64,000 nucleotides of DNA from an uncultured Thermoplasmata archaeon (GCA_963842165.1 CAWJFK010000029.1:24048-88047), one strand, 5' to 3'; shown: positions 19,385-30,234, counted from the stretch's first letter. A program made the numbers and translations. Notes: generated by a model from the letters alone, not told the origin.

Positions 19385-20469
19385 TCCCGAGCCCCCGAGC
19401 CGACCCGGCCGGGACGGACGATAAGGTGTTCGGTGGCGCGGGTGACGACCTGGTAGGCGGGGTCGTCGGCGGGCAACCGCAGCACGACCGGAACGGCGAT
19501 GCTGCCCGGGGCGATCGAGGCCCCGTCCGGCATCCCCAGCCACCGATACGGCTCCACGAGCGCGCTGGAGGCGAGGAAGCCGGCCGAGACGGGCCGACCC
19601 CGGAGGCGGGTTCCGACATAGGCGAACTCGAGCTCCCTCCAGATCGAGGGGGTGTGGAACATCGCGTTGTCCGTCCCGAGCATCATCCGGATCCCTTCCC
19701 GTTCCATCCCGGCGAGGTCGGGCTGGCGGCCGAACAGCGCGTTCGAGCGGGGACATACCACGACCGAAACCTTCGCCGCCGCCACCGCGCGCAGATCGTC
19801 GCGCGTCGCTTCCGCGAGATGGACAAGGAGGTCCGGTCGGGGGTCGAGGAACGAATCGGGGGGCTCGCGAACGGCCTCGCTCGCGTGGAGAGCGAACCGC
19901 TTGCCGGTCCGGCGACAGGCCCGGGCGACGAGCTGGCGCGTCTCGGGCGTCTCATCGCGCGCGCTCGAGAGCCCGATCCCATCCCCGACCGAGAGGACCT
20001 CAGCGAGTTCGTCCGGATCGACCGGACGGCTGAGCGGCCGCCCGAGAATCAGCGTTCGGACGCCGGACCCCCGCGAGGCCGCGCGCAGTAGGCGAACGCC
20101 CGGAGCCCCTTCCTCGCGAAAGTCGACGACCGCCAGGGTCCCTTCGCGCCGCATGCGGCGAAGGGCGGCCCGCATCGCGCGGGTCTTCTCCGCGCGCGAG
20201 CGTTCCGCGAGGAGTCGGAACTTGTACCCCTCGGGCGAAGCGACCAGGCTCTCGACGGGACCGGTCGGAGGCTCCCGCGTCGATACCGAGTCGCCGAGGT
20301 GGGTATGGGCGTTCACGGGAGCCGGCACGACGATCCCCTGGATCCGGCGTTCGTCGCCCCGCCGGCGGACCGTCCCCGGCAATCCGACTTCGACCACCCG
20401 GCCCCCCCGGATCCGCACCGCGGCCAGTCGTGCGCCTTCCCGGTCCAGGATCGCACCCTCAACGAGCAT
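19381..20469 (-). CDS. Amidohydrolase-family protein (chlorohydrolase/deaminase-like)
   Basis: From the ATG at 20469: MLVEGAILD...IVVPAPVNAHTHLGDS (HxH metal motif)...FALHASE...MLGTDNAMF. Confidence 0.7.
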   Translation of the reverse strand: MLVEGAILDREGARLAAVRIRGGRVVEVGLPGTVRRRGDERRIQGIVVPAPVNAHTHLGDSVSTREPPTGPVESLVASPEGYKFRLLAERSRAEKTRAMRAALRRMRREGTLAVVDFREEGAPGVRLLRAASRGSGVRTLILGRPLSRPVDPDELAEVLSVGDGIGLSSARDETPETRQLVARACRRTGKRFALHASEAVREPPDSFLDPRPDLLVHLAEATRDDLRAVAAAKVSVVVCPRSNALFGRQPDLAGMEREGIRMMLGTDNAMFHTPSIWRELEFAYVGTRLRGRPVSAGFLASSALVEPYRWLGMPDGASIAPGSIAVPVVLRLPADDPAYQVVTRATEHLIVRPGRVGSGARE

Positions 20470-20530
20470 GAGACGGTCGCCGGAGCACCGGGCCGCCTTA
20501 AGGCCGAGCCCGCGCCCCTCCCGAAGGGCT

Positions 20531-21442
20531 ATGGCCCTGGACGTCTCCTCCCGAACTCCCCCGATGGACGACCCGTTGCAGAACCGGCCCCGGGACCTCC
20601 TCGTCGCGGGCCATGTCAACGTCGACGAGTTCCTGCGCGTCGCGGACTTTCCGCGCGAGGACCGGACGGTGCCGGTCGTCAGCCGCCGCTCGGAGCTGGG
20701 CGGAACGGCGACGAACATCGCGCTCACGGCCTCTCAGTACGGCGTGGTCTGCGGGCTCGTCGCCCGACTGGGAGCAGGATTCCCCCCCGCGTTCCAGAAG
20801 CGACTCGAGAAAGGCCAGATCGACCTGCGTGGCCTCGAGACCCTTCCGCGGCGGAGCACCCCTACGTGCTACATCGTCGAGGACCGGCGGGGAGGTCAGC
20901 GGATGCTCATCGACCAGGGGGCAATGGCGGACGACGTCCCGCACCGCTTCCGGGTCGGGCCTTGGCTGTCGGAGTACTCGTGGCTTCACGTGACGACCGG
21001 ACCACCGGCGGCGCTGCTCGGGCTCCAAAGAGCGGCGCGGCGGGCGGGTCTCCACGTCGCGGTGGACCCCGCTCAAGAGATCCAATACCGGTGGGATGCC
21101 GCCCACCTTCGGCGGCTCCTTCGCGATTCGGAGATCCTGTGGGGGAACCGATCCGAGATCGAGCGGGCTGCGACGATGCTGGGGGCATCGGGACCGGAAG
21201 AACTCCTGGCCGACGTACCGCTCATCGTCCGCACGGAAGGGACCCGCGGGGCGACCGCCTTCTCTCGGGCCGGGACGGTCCACGTGCGCGCCCCCCGGCC
21301 TCGGAAGGTGAGAACGGCCGTAGGGGCCGGCGACGCGTTCCGGGGCGGGTTCTACGCGGCCTGGTTCGCCGGACAGCGCCTGCCCGAGTGCCTCACCGCG
21401 GGCGGGCGCGCCGCGACGCGGTGGCTGGAGGGGGCTCGTTAG
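20531..21442 (+). CDS. PfkB-family carbohydrate/nucleoside kinase
   Basis: LLVAGHVNVDEFLRV...LGGTATNIAL...TEGTRGATAF...AVGAGDAFRGGFYAAW (the PfkB DTxGAGD-like signature). An alternative ATG lies at 20564. Confidence 0.7.
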   Translation: MALDVSSRTPPMDDPLQNRPRDLLVAGHVNVDEFLRVADFPREDRTVPVVSRRSELGGTATNIALTASQYGVVCGLVARLGAGFPPAFQKRLEKGQIDLRGLETLPRRSTPTCYIVEDRRGGQRMLIDQGAMADDVPHRFRVGPWLSEYSWLHVTTGPPAALLGLQRAARRAGLHVAVDPAQEIQYRWDAAHLRRLLRDSEILWGNRSEIERAATMLGASGPEELLADVPLIVRTEGTRGATAFSRAGTVHVRAPRPRKVRTAVGAGDAFRGGFYAAWFAGQRLPECLTAGGRAATRWLEGAR

Positions 21443-21461
21443 CCCATCGACCCCCGTGAGG

Positions 21462-22721
21462 ATGCATGCGTTCGGCCGCCTCCTCCCGATGGACGTGGCC
21501 CGTCGTCGCCTCCTGGCCGCGGCCCGTCCACTCGAAAGGGTCGAGCGGGTTCCCGTCGGGTCCGCCTTCGGTCGGGTCGCGGCTCGAACGGTGCGATCCC
21601 CTCGGCCGGTCCCGTCGTTCCACCGCGCGACATGGGATGGCTACGCCCTGCGCGCCGTCGACTCGAGAGGGGCCCGCCCCTCGCATCCGATTGCGCTCCG
21701 GGTCGTGGGAGAGGTCTTCGCCGAGCAGACCTTTCCTGGAACGCTCCGCCCCGGGGAGGCCGTGGCCATCGCGACCGGAGGCGCCCTCCCTCGGGGCGCC
21801 GACACCGTCGTCATCTTCGAGAACGTGCAACGCGGGGGCGATTCGGTTCGGATCTCCGGCCCGATCCGGCCGGGCGAACGGCTCGCCTCCCCCGGGGACG
21901 ATTTTCGGAAGGGAGCGGTCCTGGTCCGGAAAGGCGAGGAGCTGACCCCGGCGGGCCTGGCGATGGTCGCCGCCTGCGGTCTCGCGACGGTGCCCGTCCG
22001 TGCGAGGCCCGTCGTGGCGATCGTTCCGAACGGTAACGAACTGCTGCTGCCCGGGACGCCGCCCCGCCTCGGCCGGATCTACGAAAGCAACAACGCCAGC
22101 TTGGCGGCCCTCGTAGAGGCGGCCGGAGGTGTCCCCCGGACGCTGCCGCCCGTCCCCGACGACGCCCGTCAGATCGAGTCGGTCCTGCGCCGCGCCCTTC
22201 GCACGGCGGACCTGGTGCTCGCCACCGGGGGAAGTTCCGTGGGGGAACGGGATCACCTGCCTCGAATACTCCCCCGGATGGGCGAGCTGCTGTTCCACGG
22301 GATCGCGGTCCGCCCGGGCAAGCCGACGCTGGCGGCGCGCGCCGGCCGAAAGGTCGTTGTCGGCATGCCCGGCCACCCCTCTTCCTGCCTGACGAACGCG
22401 TTCTGGTTGCTCCTTCCGCTGATCCGCCTCCTCGGGGGCAGAGAAGGTCCCGGGTGGGTGGACTCCTACGCCCGCCTCGACCGAGGTGACCTCTCGGCGT
22501 CACCGGGCCTATCGACCGTCATCCCGCTGTGCGCAGGGGACGGAGGGGTCTATTCGAGGTACCACGGTTCGTCGTCGGTCTCCAGTCTCGCGGGAGCCGT
22601 GGCGTACACCGTGCTCGCTCCCGGTCGGAAGGTCCTTCGCAAGGGCGACCGGATCCCGGTGCACTGGCTGCTACCCCCCCTCGGGCCCGGCGGCGGCCCG
22701 TTCCCGGCCGGGAACGGTTAA
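21462..22721 (+). CDS. moeA: Molybdopterin molybdenumtransferase MoeA
   Basis: PVPSFHRATWDGYALRAVDS...GEAVAIATGGALPRGADTVV...TGGSSVGERDHLP...GIAVRPGKPT. A GTG at 21456 is also possible as the start. Confidence 0.85.
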   Translation: MHAFGRLLPMDVARRRLLAAARPLERVERVPVGSAFGRVAARTVRSPRPVPSFHRATWDGYALRAVDSRGARPSHPIALRVVGEVFAEQTFPGTLRPGEAVAIATGGALPRGADTVVIFENVQRGGDSVRISGPIRPGERLASPGDDFRKGAVLVRKGEELTPAGLAMVAACGLATVPVRARPVVAIVPNGNELLLPGTPPRLGRIYESNNASLAALVEAAGGVPRTLPPVPDDARQIESVLRRALRTADLVLATGGSSVGERDHLPRILPRMGELLFHGIAVRPGKPTLAARAGRKVVVGMPGHPSSCLTNAFWLLLPLIRLLGGREGPGWVDSYARLDRGDLSASPGLSTVIPLCAGDGGVYSRYHGSSSVSSLAGAVAYTVLAPGRKVLRKGDRIPVHWLLPPLGPGGGPFPAGNG

Positions 22722-22744
22722 GCTCGCGGATCCGGTACCCGGAC

Positions 22745-23572
22745 GTGGGACGCCGGAACCTCCGAGTCGCCCTCCTGGCGATCGAAGGAACGAACTGTGA
22801 CGACGAGCTTCGTGTAGCGCTGAATGCGCTCGGGGCCCGAGCCGAGGTGGTTCAGTTGAAACAGTTCGAGGGAGGTGATATCGCGGCCTCGAAGCGACGT
22901 CGACTGTCCGATTACTCCGCGCTCTTCGTCCCCGGTGGCTTCTCCGGGGGCGACTACGTGCGGGCCGGTGCGATCTTCGCCGCGCGGATCCGGGCCTCCC
23001 TCGGGCCGGACCTCGAGGAGTTCGTTCGCTCGGGCCGCGTCGTCGCGGGGATCTGCAACGGGTTCCAGGTGTTGACCGAGCTCGGGCTCCTCCCGGGACG
23101 TCCCGGGGGACATCTGGGCCGTCCGGACGCGGTGCTGATGAGCAACGACCACGGGTACACCTCCCGGCCCACGTTCGTGGCCTGGCAGGGCGGGGCGTTC
23201 CCCCCGCTGCGGGAGATGCCCACCGGGACCCGCTTCCTGTTCCCGTCCGCCCACGGCGAAGGGAAGCTCGTGCTCGGCGGTGATGCGACCGAGCGGCTTC
23301 GGGACCTCGAGCGCAAGGGCCAGATCCTGTTCCGATGGGTGGCTCCCGACGGGGGCCCTCCCACGTTCCCCTGGAACCCGAACGGCTCCGAAGGGGACGT
23401 GGCGGGGCTGACCAATCCCGAGGGGAACGTCTTCGGCCTGATGCCCCACCCGGAACGCGCGTTCTTTCGGTCGCAGGCGCCGGATTTCACCCGGACGGGG
23501 GGCCCGGTCGGGTTCGGGGACGGGCACCGGTTCCTCGACGTGGTCCTTTCGTTCGCCGAGCAGCTGACCTGA
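22745..23572 (+). CDS. purQ: Phosphoribosylformylglycinamidine synthase subunit PurQ (glutaminase)
   Basis: From the GTG at 22745: RVALLAIEGTNCDDELRVAL...LFVPGGFSGGDYVRAG...VAGICNGFQVLTELGLLPG...VFGLMPHPER (the Cys and His-Glu triad context). Confidence 0.85.
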   Translation: MGRRNLRVALLAIEGTNCDDELRVALNALGARAEVVQLKQFEGGDIAASKRRRLSDYSALFVPGGFSGGDYVRAGAIFAARIRASLGPDLEEFVRSGRVVAGICNGFQVLTELGLLPGRPGGHLGRPDAVLMSNDHGYTSRPTFVAWQGGAFPPLREMPTGTRFLFPSAHGEGKLVLGGDATERLRDLERKGQILFRWVAPDGGPPTFPWNPNGSEGDVAGLTNPEGNVFGLMPHPERAFFRSQAPDFTRTGGPVGFGDGHRFLDVVLSFAEQLT

Positions 23573-24210
23573 GCCCCCGACCCACCGCCGGCCGAAGTCG
23601 ATAGACCTCGAGCCGCTCCCCTTCTAGTTCACGGTGGGCGACCACCCGGACCGACCCGCCCGCCGCCTGCCACTCCTCCCAGATCTCGTGGAGCCGCGGG
23701 GCGGACTGGAGGCTCGAAGCGAGGACGAAGGCGCTTCCCCGCGGTCGCAGGTGGTCGCCGAGGGCCTGCGCCAATCGCCCCGTCGTCGCGCAACCGTCCG
23801 GTCCGCCGTCGAGGGCGAGGTTGTGCCACCGGTCCGGGTCCCGTTCCTCGGGACGCGTGGGAAGGTAGGGCGGGTTGGCGACGACCCGGTCGAAGCGGCC
23901 GAGCCCTCGGGCGAGGTCGGTCCGGACGAGCTCCAGGTCGAGATGTTCGGCGTGCGCGATCGCCGCGAGCCGACGGAGCGCGTGGGGGTTGCGGTCCGTC
24001 GCGACGACGCGCGCCCCGCGTCGGGCGGCGGTGAGCGCGATGTCGCCCGCGCCGGTTCCGACCTCGAGGAACGAGCGTCCGGGCGGCGACCCGAGCGAAC
24101 GGCAGGAGCAGGAAGGTGTCCTCGCGCGAGGGGTACACCGGGACGCCCGGTTCGGACGGCCCCGGTGGGGTCCGAGTTCCGGCGACGGCCGGGTTGTCAC
24201 TCTGAGACAT
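23487..24210 (-). CDS. HemK/Mtq2-like N5-glutamine methyltransferase, frameshifted as sequenced
   Basis: The N-terminal frame carries VYPSREDTFLLLPFA. The C-terminal frame carries SFLEVGTGAGDIALTAARRGARVVATDRNP...FDRVVANPPYLPT (NPPY motif). The break is near 24090. The 3' end is uncertain and overlaps purQ. Confidence 0.7.
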
Positions 24211-24271
24211 GGTCGAGGCACCTTCTTATTCGCCCCACGCCTAGACGGGCCGTCCTTAGGAGTTCTGCCCA

Positions 24272-24829
24272 ATGCCTCGTCGCCTCTCCGCACCGGTGAA
24301 GATCGGCATCACCGGTCTCCCGGGCTCCGGAAAGACCCAGACCCTGCTCCGCATCATCCAGCTCCTCGAGGAGGAAGGCCTCAAGGTCGGTGGGATGGTG
24401 ACCGAGCCGATCGTCGTGAAGCAGCGGCGGGTCGGGTTCCAGATCACGAACTGGATCACGAAAGAGCACGAGGTCTTCGCCCACGAGGGCCTCAAGTCCC
24501 GCATCCGGTCCGGACGTTACGGCGTGAACCTGCTCGCCCTCGAAGGGATCGGGGCCGCCGCGCTCGCGCAGGGGCGTGAGGAGGCCGACGTCATCGTCAT
24601 CGACGAGGTCGGCAAGATGGAGGTCGAGAGCGAGGTGTTCACGAAGAGCGTCATGGACACCCTCGACGCCAAGAAGTCGATCATCATGACCCTCCACAAG
24701 AAGTCCCGGAACCCCCTGCTCCAGGACATCCGACGGAGGGACGAACTACGGCTCCTCGAAGTGACCCCGGTGAACAAGAACCTCCTCGCGTTCAAGATCG
24801 TCCATCTGATCACGGGCCAGGCCCACTAG
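24272..24829 (+). CDS. Nucleoside-triphosphatase, THEP1/MJ1559 family
   Basis: KIGITGLPGSGKTQTLLRIIQLLEEEGLKVGGMVT...VIVIDEVGKMEVES (Walker A and B), with a length of about 185 aa. Confidence 0.75.
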   Translation: MPRRLSAPVKIGITGLPGSGKTQTLLRIIQLLEEEGLKVGGMVTEPIVVKQRRVGFQITNWITKEHEVFAHEGLKSRIRSGRYGVNLLALEGIGAAALAQGREEADVIVIDEVGKMEVESEVFTKSVMDTLDAKKSIIMTLHKKSRNPLLQDIRRRDELRLLEVTPVNKNLLAFKIVHLITGQAH

Positions 24830-24840
24830 TCCGGGCGCGC

Positions 24841-25939
24841 GAGGGAGCGGTCGAGCTCCTTCTTCCCCCCACCCGACCGGGCCCGGGACCCGACCGAGGA
24901 CCTCGGTCTTCTACAATCCGGATATGGCCGTCGACCGCGACATCGGCGTTTCCTTTGCCGCCGCGCACTGGGCGCCTGCCGAGAAGCACGGCTGGGAGAT
25001 GCTCTCGGGGACCGGTGTCCGCGGGCTGCGGTTGCTGGTCGAATCCGGCGCGTTCGCCTCGTTCCTGTTCACCGAAGCCCACCCCGCCGCGGCCGAGGTG
25101 GTTCGCCAGAACTCGGAGAAGGTTCCTGGGGCTTCCGTCCGGTCGGCCGATGCGCGGGCCCTCCCCCCCGAGGCACCGTTCGATTACGTGGACATCGACC
25201 CGTACAGGCTCTCCGATCCCCTTCGTTCCCACGGCCCTGCAGGCCGTGCGCCCGGGGGGTGTCCTCGCCGCGACGGCGACCGACCTGATGGTGCTCGCCG
25301 GCGTCCAACCGGGCGCGTGCGACCGTATCTACGGCGGCCACCCCGTTCGCGGCCGTCTCGGACCGGAAGGCGGGCTCCGGATCCTCCTCGCCTATCTGGC
25401 CCGGGCCGCTCGCGAACAAGGGCGTACCGTCCGTCCCCTGCTGGCCTACGTCCGCGGCCACCACCTCCGCGTCTACCTCGAGGTGAACCTCCGCACCGGA
25501 TCGTCCCCGGCCGACCCGGTCGGTACCTATCGAGACGGAGACCTGGACCGGGCCCTTCCTCGGGAACCGTGGACCCTACGGGCCGATGTGGCTGGGGCCG
25601 CTGTTCGACCTGTCGCTCTCGGCCCGGCTCCTCCCGCCGCCCCACGCGGCCCGACCGAAGGAGACGGAGGAGTTCCTGGCTCGGATCCGCTCCGAAGCGG
25701 AGGTGGACCGACCGTTCTACTACGAGGCGAACGAGCTCGCCGGGGCGCTCGGCCTACCGTTCCCACCCTCCCGCGCCGCGATGGAGCGCGCTCTGGCCGA
25801 GCAGGGATACCAGTTCGCGCGGACGCACATGCGCCCCGAGGGATTCCGGACGGACGCTCCGCGTTCGGCCGTCGAGTCGACCGCCGAGGAACTCGGCCGG
25901 GCGGGTGCCCCTCGCATGCCTCGCTCGCCGTCCGGTTGA
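24841..25939 (+). CDS. trm1: tRNA (guanine26-N2)-dimethyltransferase Trm1, with three frame breaks and no identified start
   Basis: The protein runs across four frames: EGAVELLLP... / VFYNPDMAVDRDIGVSF...GTGVRGLRLLVE...FDYVDIDPY / GSPIPFVPTALQAVRPGGVLAATATDLMVLAG...LLAYVRGHHLRVYLEV / GPMWLGPLFD...RPFYYEANELA...GYQFARTHMRPEGFRTDAP. Breaks lie near 24900, 25206 and 25570. Confidence 0.75.
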
Positions 25940-25989
25940 GCGCGGCTCGCGCGCATCCGGGCGACGAGCCCGTTGGGAAGGTTCGCGAC

Positions 25990-28842
25990 TCAGTCCCAGA
26001 ACGCCCGGGTCCGCGCATACGCGCGTTCCGCTCGCAGGATCTCGGTGAAGAACGCGTCATCGCTTTGGTAGAGCCGAGAGAGGAGTCGTCGCGCCGTGTC
26101 CGGTCCGATCCCGCGGGCGGCGAGCGCATAGAGCGCACGGTCCCCGTAGTGGGCCACCAGTTCGGCCGACGTGTAACCGGTCCGCACCAACGCCTCGGTT
26201 TCCGGCGGGGGAGCGCGTTCGGGCCGGGAGCTCCGCTTCGGTGGGTGCTTCCCGGAAGGAATCCACTTCTTCTTCGCGTACTTTCGCAGGCGCTCGATGT
26301 CCGCCTCCCGACGTGGCGACAGGACCGCCGAAAGGGAGCCGCCGCAGAGCAGGCAGCGGCTCCCTCCCTCCTTCTGGTACCGGGCGGGCGTCGTCTGGCG
26401 CACGAACCCGCAGCGGAGGCAGACGAGCGTGAGCGGTTCGTTCGAGAGGCGCTCTCGTACCGCCTTGAGGAGCGTCGGGGGCGGGGTCTCCGGGACGACG
26501 CGCCACCGCAGACGCTCGAGCGGACCGTCCGTCAGGGCCGAGGGAGGCGTCGCCACGACCTCGAGCGTGCCGGCGCGGATCCGCGCGAGGACCTCGCGCG
26601 CATGGGCGACATCGTACCGGTCGTGCAGCGTCTTTTCGAGCGCCTCCTCACCGAGCGGGTTCGTCCGTGACTCGCCGAGCAGCGGCTCGAGCGTGCGGAG
26701 GTCGCGCGGGTCGGCGGACGAGGGGATCACGCCGAGCTTTCGTGCGATCGAAAGGAAGACCCACCGGTAGTCGAGGCCGCTCGGGACGAGCCGCTCGACG
26801 AGCGGGACCAGCGTCTCCGGGTCGATCTGGAAGGCGTCGATGAGGGTCGCCGTGTCGACTGCCACGGGGAGCTCGAGCACGAACCACGTCGGTTCGATCG
26901 TCGAGACGTCCGTCCGGGCGCCGAGCCGCGCGGTGAGGAGGCCGGCGACCGCGGTCGCGAGGGTCTCGTTCGTCCGCGTGCCGAAGCACGAGCCGTACAC
27001 CACGACCCGGCCCCGGGCGGTGACGGTCACCCGCCGGTCGGTGGGGAGGGTCCCGGCCCGGTCGCCCTCGTCCCGCCGCTTGGCGAGGCGGGCCCGGTCC
27101 GTGGGGTCGATGGGGTAGGCGTCGAGCGCCCCCTCGCGCCGCATCCGTCCGATCTCCTGGGCCACGTCGAACGGCACGGGGAGGTCCTCGCCGGCCCATC
27201 TCGGTTCGGACCCGATCTCGTGGACCGGCTCGACCAGGAGTTCCCCCTCCCGGAACTCGACGACCTTCCACGTCTGGCCGTGCAGGAGGAAGATCTGGTC
27301 GGGCTGGGCGAGGATCTGGGTGAGGACGAACCGCTCGTCGAGCGTCCCGATGAGGCGACGGGTCGCGATGTCCCGGAGCCGGTAGGTCCGCTCGTCCGGG
27401 ATGAGGGAAAGTGATGCGTAGAATCGGGCGAGCGTCCCGCGGCCCGGCGCGAGGCGGCCGTCGTCGAGCCGGCGCGCGAGGCGCAACGCGACGAGGTAGT
27501 CGAAGAGTGCGTCCCACTCGGCTCGGGTGAGGTCCGCGACGGCCGCGGCGTGGCCGAGCGTGGCGACGAGGTCGGCCGGCGCGACGGCCCCGTTCGCCCG
27601 GAGCGCCGCCACGACCTGCTGCGCGGCGGCAAGGCGGTTGCGCGTCCTCCACGCGGCCGGCTCCACGAGGCCTTCGTCCGCCCGTCGGGCGAGGACCGCG
27701 GCCTCCTCGAGGTCGTCGTCGTCGAGCGCGAGGACCGTCCCGTGGATCGTGCGGTCGAGACGGTGCCCCGAGCGTCCGACCCGCTGGACGAGTCGGCCGA
27801 CCTGGTGCGGCGAACCGAACTGGATCACGTGATCGACGCTACCGATGTCGATCCCGAGCTCGAGAGAGGAGGTCGCGACCAGGGCCTTCAGTCGGCCTTC
27901 CCGGAAGGCGCGCTCCGCCTCCTCACGGACCTCACGAGAAAGGGACCCGTGGTGGACCGCGATCGCGAGGTCGGGGGCCAGTCGAGCGAGGCGGGCCGCG
28001 AGGCCCTCGGCGGTGGGCCGGGTGTTGACGAAGATGAGGGTCGTCGTGTGCGCCCGGACCTCTTCTTCGACGGCCCGCAGCCCGAGGAGGAGCGGGGCGT
28101 CCGCTTTGAGCTCGGCCTGGAGCGTCGGGTCGAGCGGCGGGTAGGAATCCGCCGGTCGACTGGCCGACAGCTCGAGCAATCGCCGCTGCTGGGCCGACTG
28201 GACCTCCACGACGCGGGGGGCGGGCGAGAGGAACCGGGCCACGTCGGCGGGGTTGCCCACGGTCGCCGAGAGGCCGATGCGTCGCACCTTTCGGCCGGTC
28301 AGCGCGTCCAGCCGCTCGAGGGTGAGGCCCAACTGCGCTCCGCGGTCCGACCCGACCAGTTCGTGGATCTCATCGACCACGACGGTGCGGACGTTCCGCA
28401 GGCCCTCGCGCAGCCGGACCCCGACAAGCAGGAGCTGCAGGGTCTCGGGCGTCGTGAGGAGGAGGTCCGGAGGCTTTCGCGACTGGGCGACCCGGGCGGC
28501 CGCGGTCGTGTCGCCGTGGCGCACCGCGGCCGTCAGCCCCACCTCCTCCACCAGTGACACCAGCCGGTGCTCGAGGTCCCGGTTCAGGGCGCGCAGCGGA
28601 GTGACGTAGAGGAGGGAGATCGGCGGGGACGGGTCGGCGAGACGCCGAGAGAGGAGCGGGAGGAGCGCTGCCTCGGTCTTCCCGGTCCCGGTGGGGGAGA
28701 GGAGGAGGGCGTCCGCCTCCCCCTGAAGGAGCGGAAACGCGAGACGCTGGATTTCCGAGAGTTCGCGAATGCCGCGGCGCCCGACCGCCTCGGCGAGTCG
28801 AGGGTCGATGCCGTCGAATGCGGAAGGAACGTCGGACGCCAT
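25990..28842 (-). CDS. lhr: Lhr-family ATP-dependent DEAD/DEAH-box helicase with a C-terminal zinc ribbon
   Basis: From the ATG at 28842: LLLSPTGTGKTEAALLP (motif I), VVVDEIHEL (DEIH), LSATVGNP, VATSSLELGIDIG, QRVGRSGH. The long C-terminal domain ends with CLRCGF...CLLCGG. The track ORF 25990..29328 falsely extends into the upstream gene. Confidence 0.8.
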   Translation of the reverse strand: MASDVPSAFDGIDPRLAEAVGRRGIRELSEIQRLAFPLLQGEADALLLSPTGTGKTEAALLPLLSRRLADPSPPISLLYVTPLRALNRDLEHRLVSLVEEVGLTAAVRHGDTTAAARVAQSRKPPDLLLTTPETLQLLLVGVRLREGLRNVRTVVVDEIHELVGSDRGAQLGLTLERLDALTGRKVRRIGLSATVGNPADVARFLSPAPRVVEVQSAQQRRLLELSASRPADSYPPLDPTLQAELKADAPLLLGLRAVEEEVRAHTTTLIFVNTRPTAEGLAARLARLAPDLAIAVHHGSLSREVREEAERAFREGRLKALVATSSLELGIDIGSVDHVIQFGSPHQVGRLVQRVGRSGHRLDRTIHGTVLALDDDDLEEAAVLARRADEGLVEPAAWRTRNRLAAAQQVVAALRANGAVAPADLVATLGHAAAVADLTRAEWDALFDYLVALRLARRLDDGRLAPGRGTLARFYASLSLIPDERTYRLRDIATRRLIGTLDERFVLTQILAQPDQIFLLHGQTWKVVEFREGELLVEPVHEIGSEPRWAGEDLPVPFDVAQEIGRMRREGALDAYPIDPTDRARLAKRRDEGDRAGTLPTDRRVTVTARGRVVVYGSCFGTRTNETLATAVAGLLTARLGARTDVSTIEPTWFVLELPVAVDTATLIDAFQIDPETLVPLVERLVPSGLDYRWVFLSIARKLGVIPSSADPRDLRTLEPLLGESRTNPLGEEALEKTLHDRYDVAHAREVLARIRAGTLEVVATPPSALTDGPLERLRWRVVPETPPPTLLKAVRERLSNEPLTLVCLRCGFVRQTTPARYQKEGGSRCLLCGGSLSAVLSPRREADIERLRKYAKKKWIPSGKHPPKRSSRPERAPPPETEALVRTGYTSAELVAHYGDRALYALAARGIGPDTARRLLSRLYQSDDAFFTEILRAERAYARTRAFWD

Positions 28843-28889
28843 GCGTGGGTCTCGGAGAAGTCCGGTCCGGAGGAAAGGGGTGTCGGGTC

Positions 28890-29328
28890 CTACGGGTCGG
28901 CGACCGGCTCCAGGTCCAGCATGCGCAGCCCAAACGTCTCGCCGAGAGGGCGACCGAAGGTTCGACCCGGGAAGGTGTCGATCACGACTTCCTGGAGGAT
29001 ACCTACCGTCGCCCGCAGGAGGTGACCTCCCACCAGGCGGTGATCGGGACCAGCGACCGCCCCGTGCAGATGGAACGACGGGTTGCCGTCGACAGTGGCG
29101 ATCGTCCCATGCAGGGCGACGACCTCGTGGGGGACCGTCAGCTCGAGGGCCCGGGTCCTGGGAACCGTCCCAGTAGCCGAAGGCTGCCTTACGGAACATC
29201 CCGATGCCGAGCGAGACCGCGCCCGCTCGAATGCCTTCCTTTCGGGCGAACGCGGTGAGCGCCTCGAAGAGGTCCTGACCGTCGTCGAGGCGAACGACCC
29301 AGCGGGTCCCGTCGCGCACGCTCTGCAC
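28890..29328 (-). CDS. PPC (DUF296) domain protein, frameshifted as sequenced
   Basis: N-terminus: [48 protein letters not shown]-terminus in the other frame: [44 protein letters not shown]...VIDTFPG. The break is near 29160. Confidence 0.6.
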
Positions 29329-29402
29329 TGGAGTCCTCCCCCCGAAGTTCCCTTAACGGCAGATACGGTTTTCCGCCCCGCGGGTTTGACGCTGGGCTCC
29401 CC

Positions 29403-30234
29403 ATGTTCGCGTCCGCACGTTCTCTCCCGACTCCGCTCGACGAGCGAGCGGTCATTCGGCGAATCGCCGAGGGCGGACGGGCCGTGGTGGCCCTCTCGGG
29501 CGGTGTGGATTCGGCGCTGGTGGCGGCGCTCGCCTTTGAGGCCCTCGGAATCGGGGCCGTCGCCGTGACCCTGCGGGGCCCCGCCGTGGCCCAAGCGGAG
29601 GTGGATCGGGCGGCCCGCGTCGCTCGCAAGATCGGGGTCGCTCACGAGATGCTGACCGTCGACCCGCTCGCGAACTCCGACTATCGGGCCAACCCAACCA
29701 ACCGATGCTACTTCTGTCGCTCCGTCGAGGCGGGCCGCCTCCTCTCCTTCGGGAAGAACTGGGGGGCGTTGCAGTACCTCGATGGCATCCATATAGACGA
29801 CCTCAGCAACGACCGGCCGGGGCTGCAGGCGATGAATGAATCCGGGTTCCGTCACCCGCTCGCCGAAGCGGGATGGACCAAGGCGGACGTGCGGCACGCC
29901 GCGCGGGCCCGCTACCTTCCGAACGCAGACCAACCCTCCGACGCCTGCCTTGCCTCCCGCGTGGCACACGGGGACCCGATCGACGCGCCGCTCCTCGCGC
30001 GCATCGAAGCCGCGGAGACGATCCTGCTCGAACGGGGGTTCCGCCGAGTCCGCGTGAGGGTGCGGGGGGAGGCCGCGCGGATCGAGGTCGACCCGGCCGA
30101 GGTCCCCCGCCTCTCCGCCCCTCCCCTCTCCTCCGAGATACGTCGACTCGGTTCGACGGCTGGGCTTTTCGTCGGTTGTGATCGACCCTCTCGGGTACAG
30201 CCGACCCTCCGCGTCCGCCGGGGTCGCTCCGTGA
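29403..30234 (+). CDS. PP-loop ATP pyrophosphatase, LarE-like sulfur transferase family, frameshifted near the 3' end
   Basis: [17 protein letters not shown] (SGGxDS PP-loop)...NRCYFCR...[12 protein letters not shown]...[15 protein letters not shown]. The predicted C-terminus [17 protein letters not shown] is in another frame, with the break near 30160 and the stop at 30232-30234. Confidence 0.65.
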
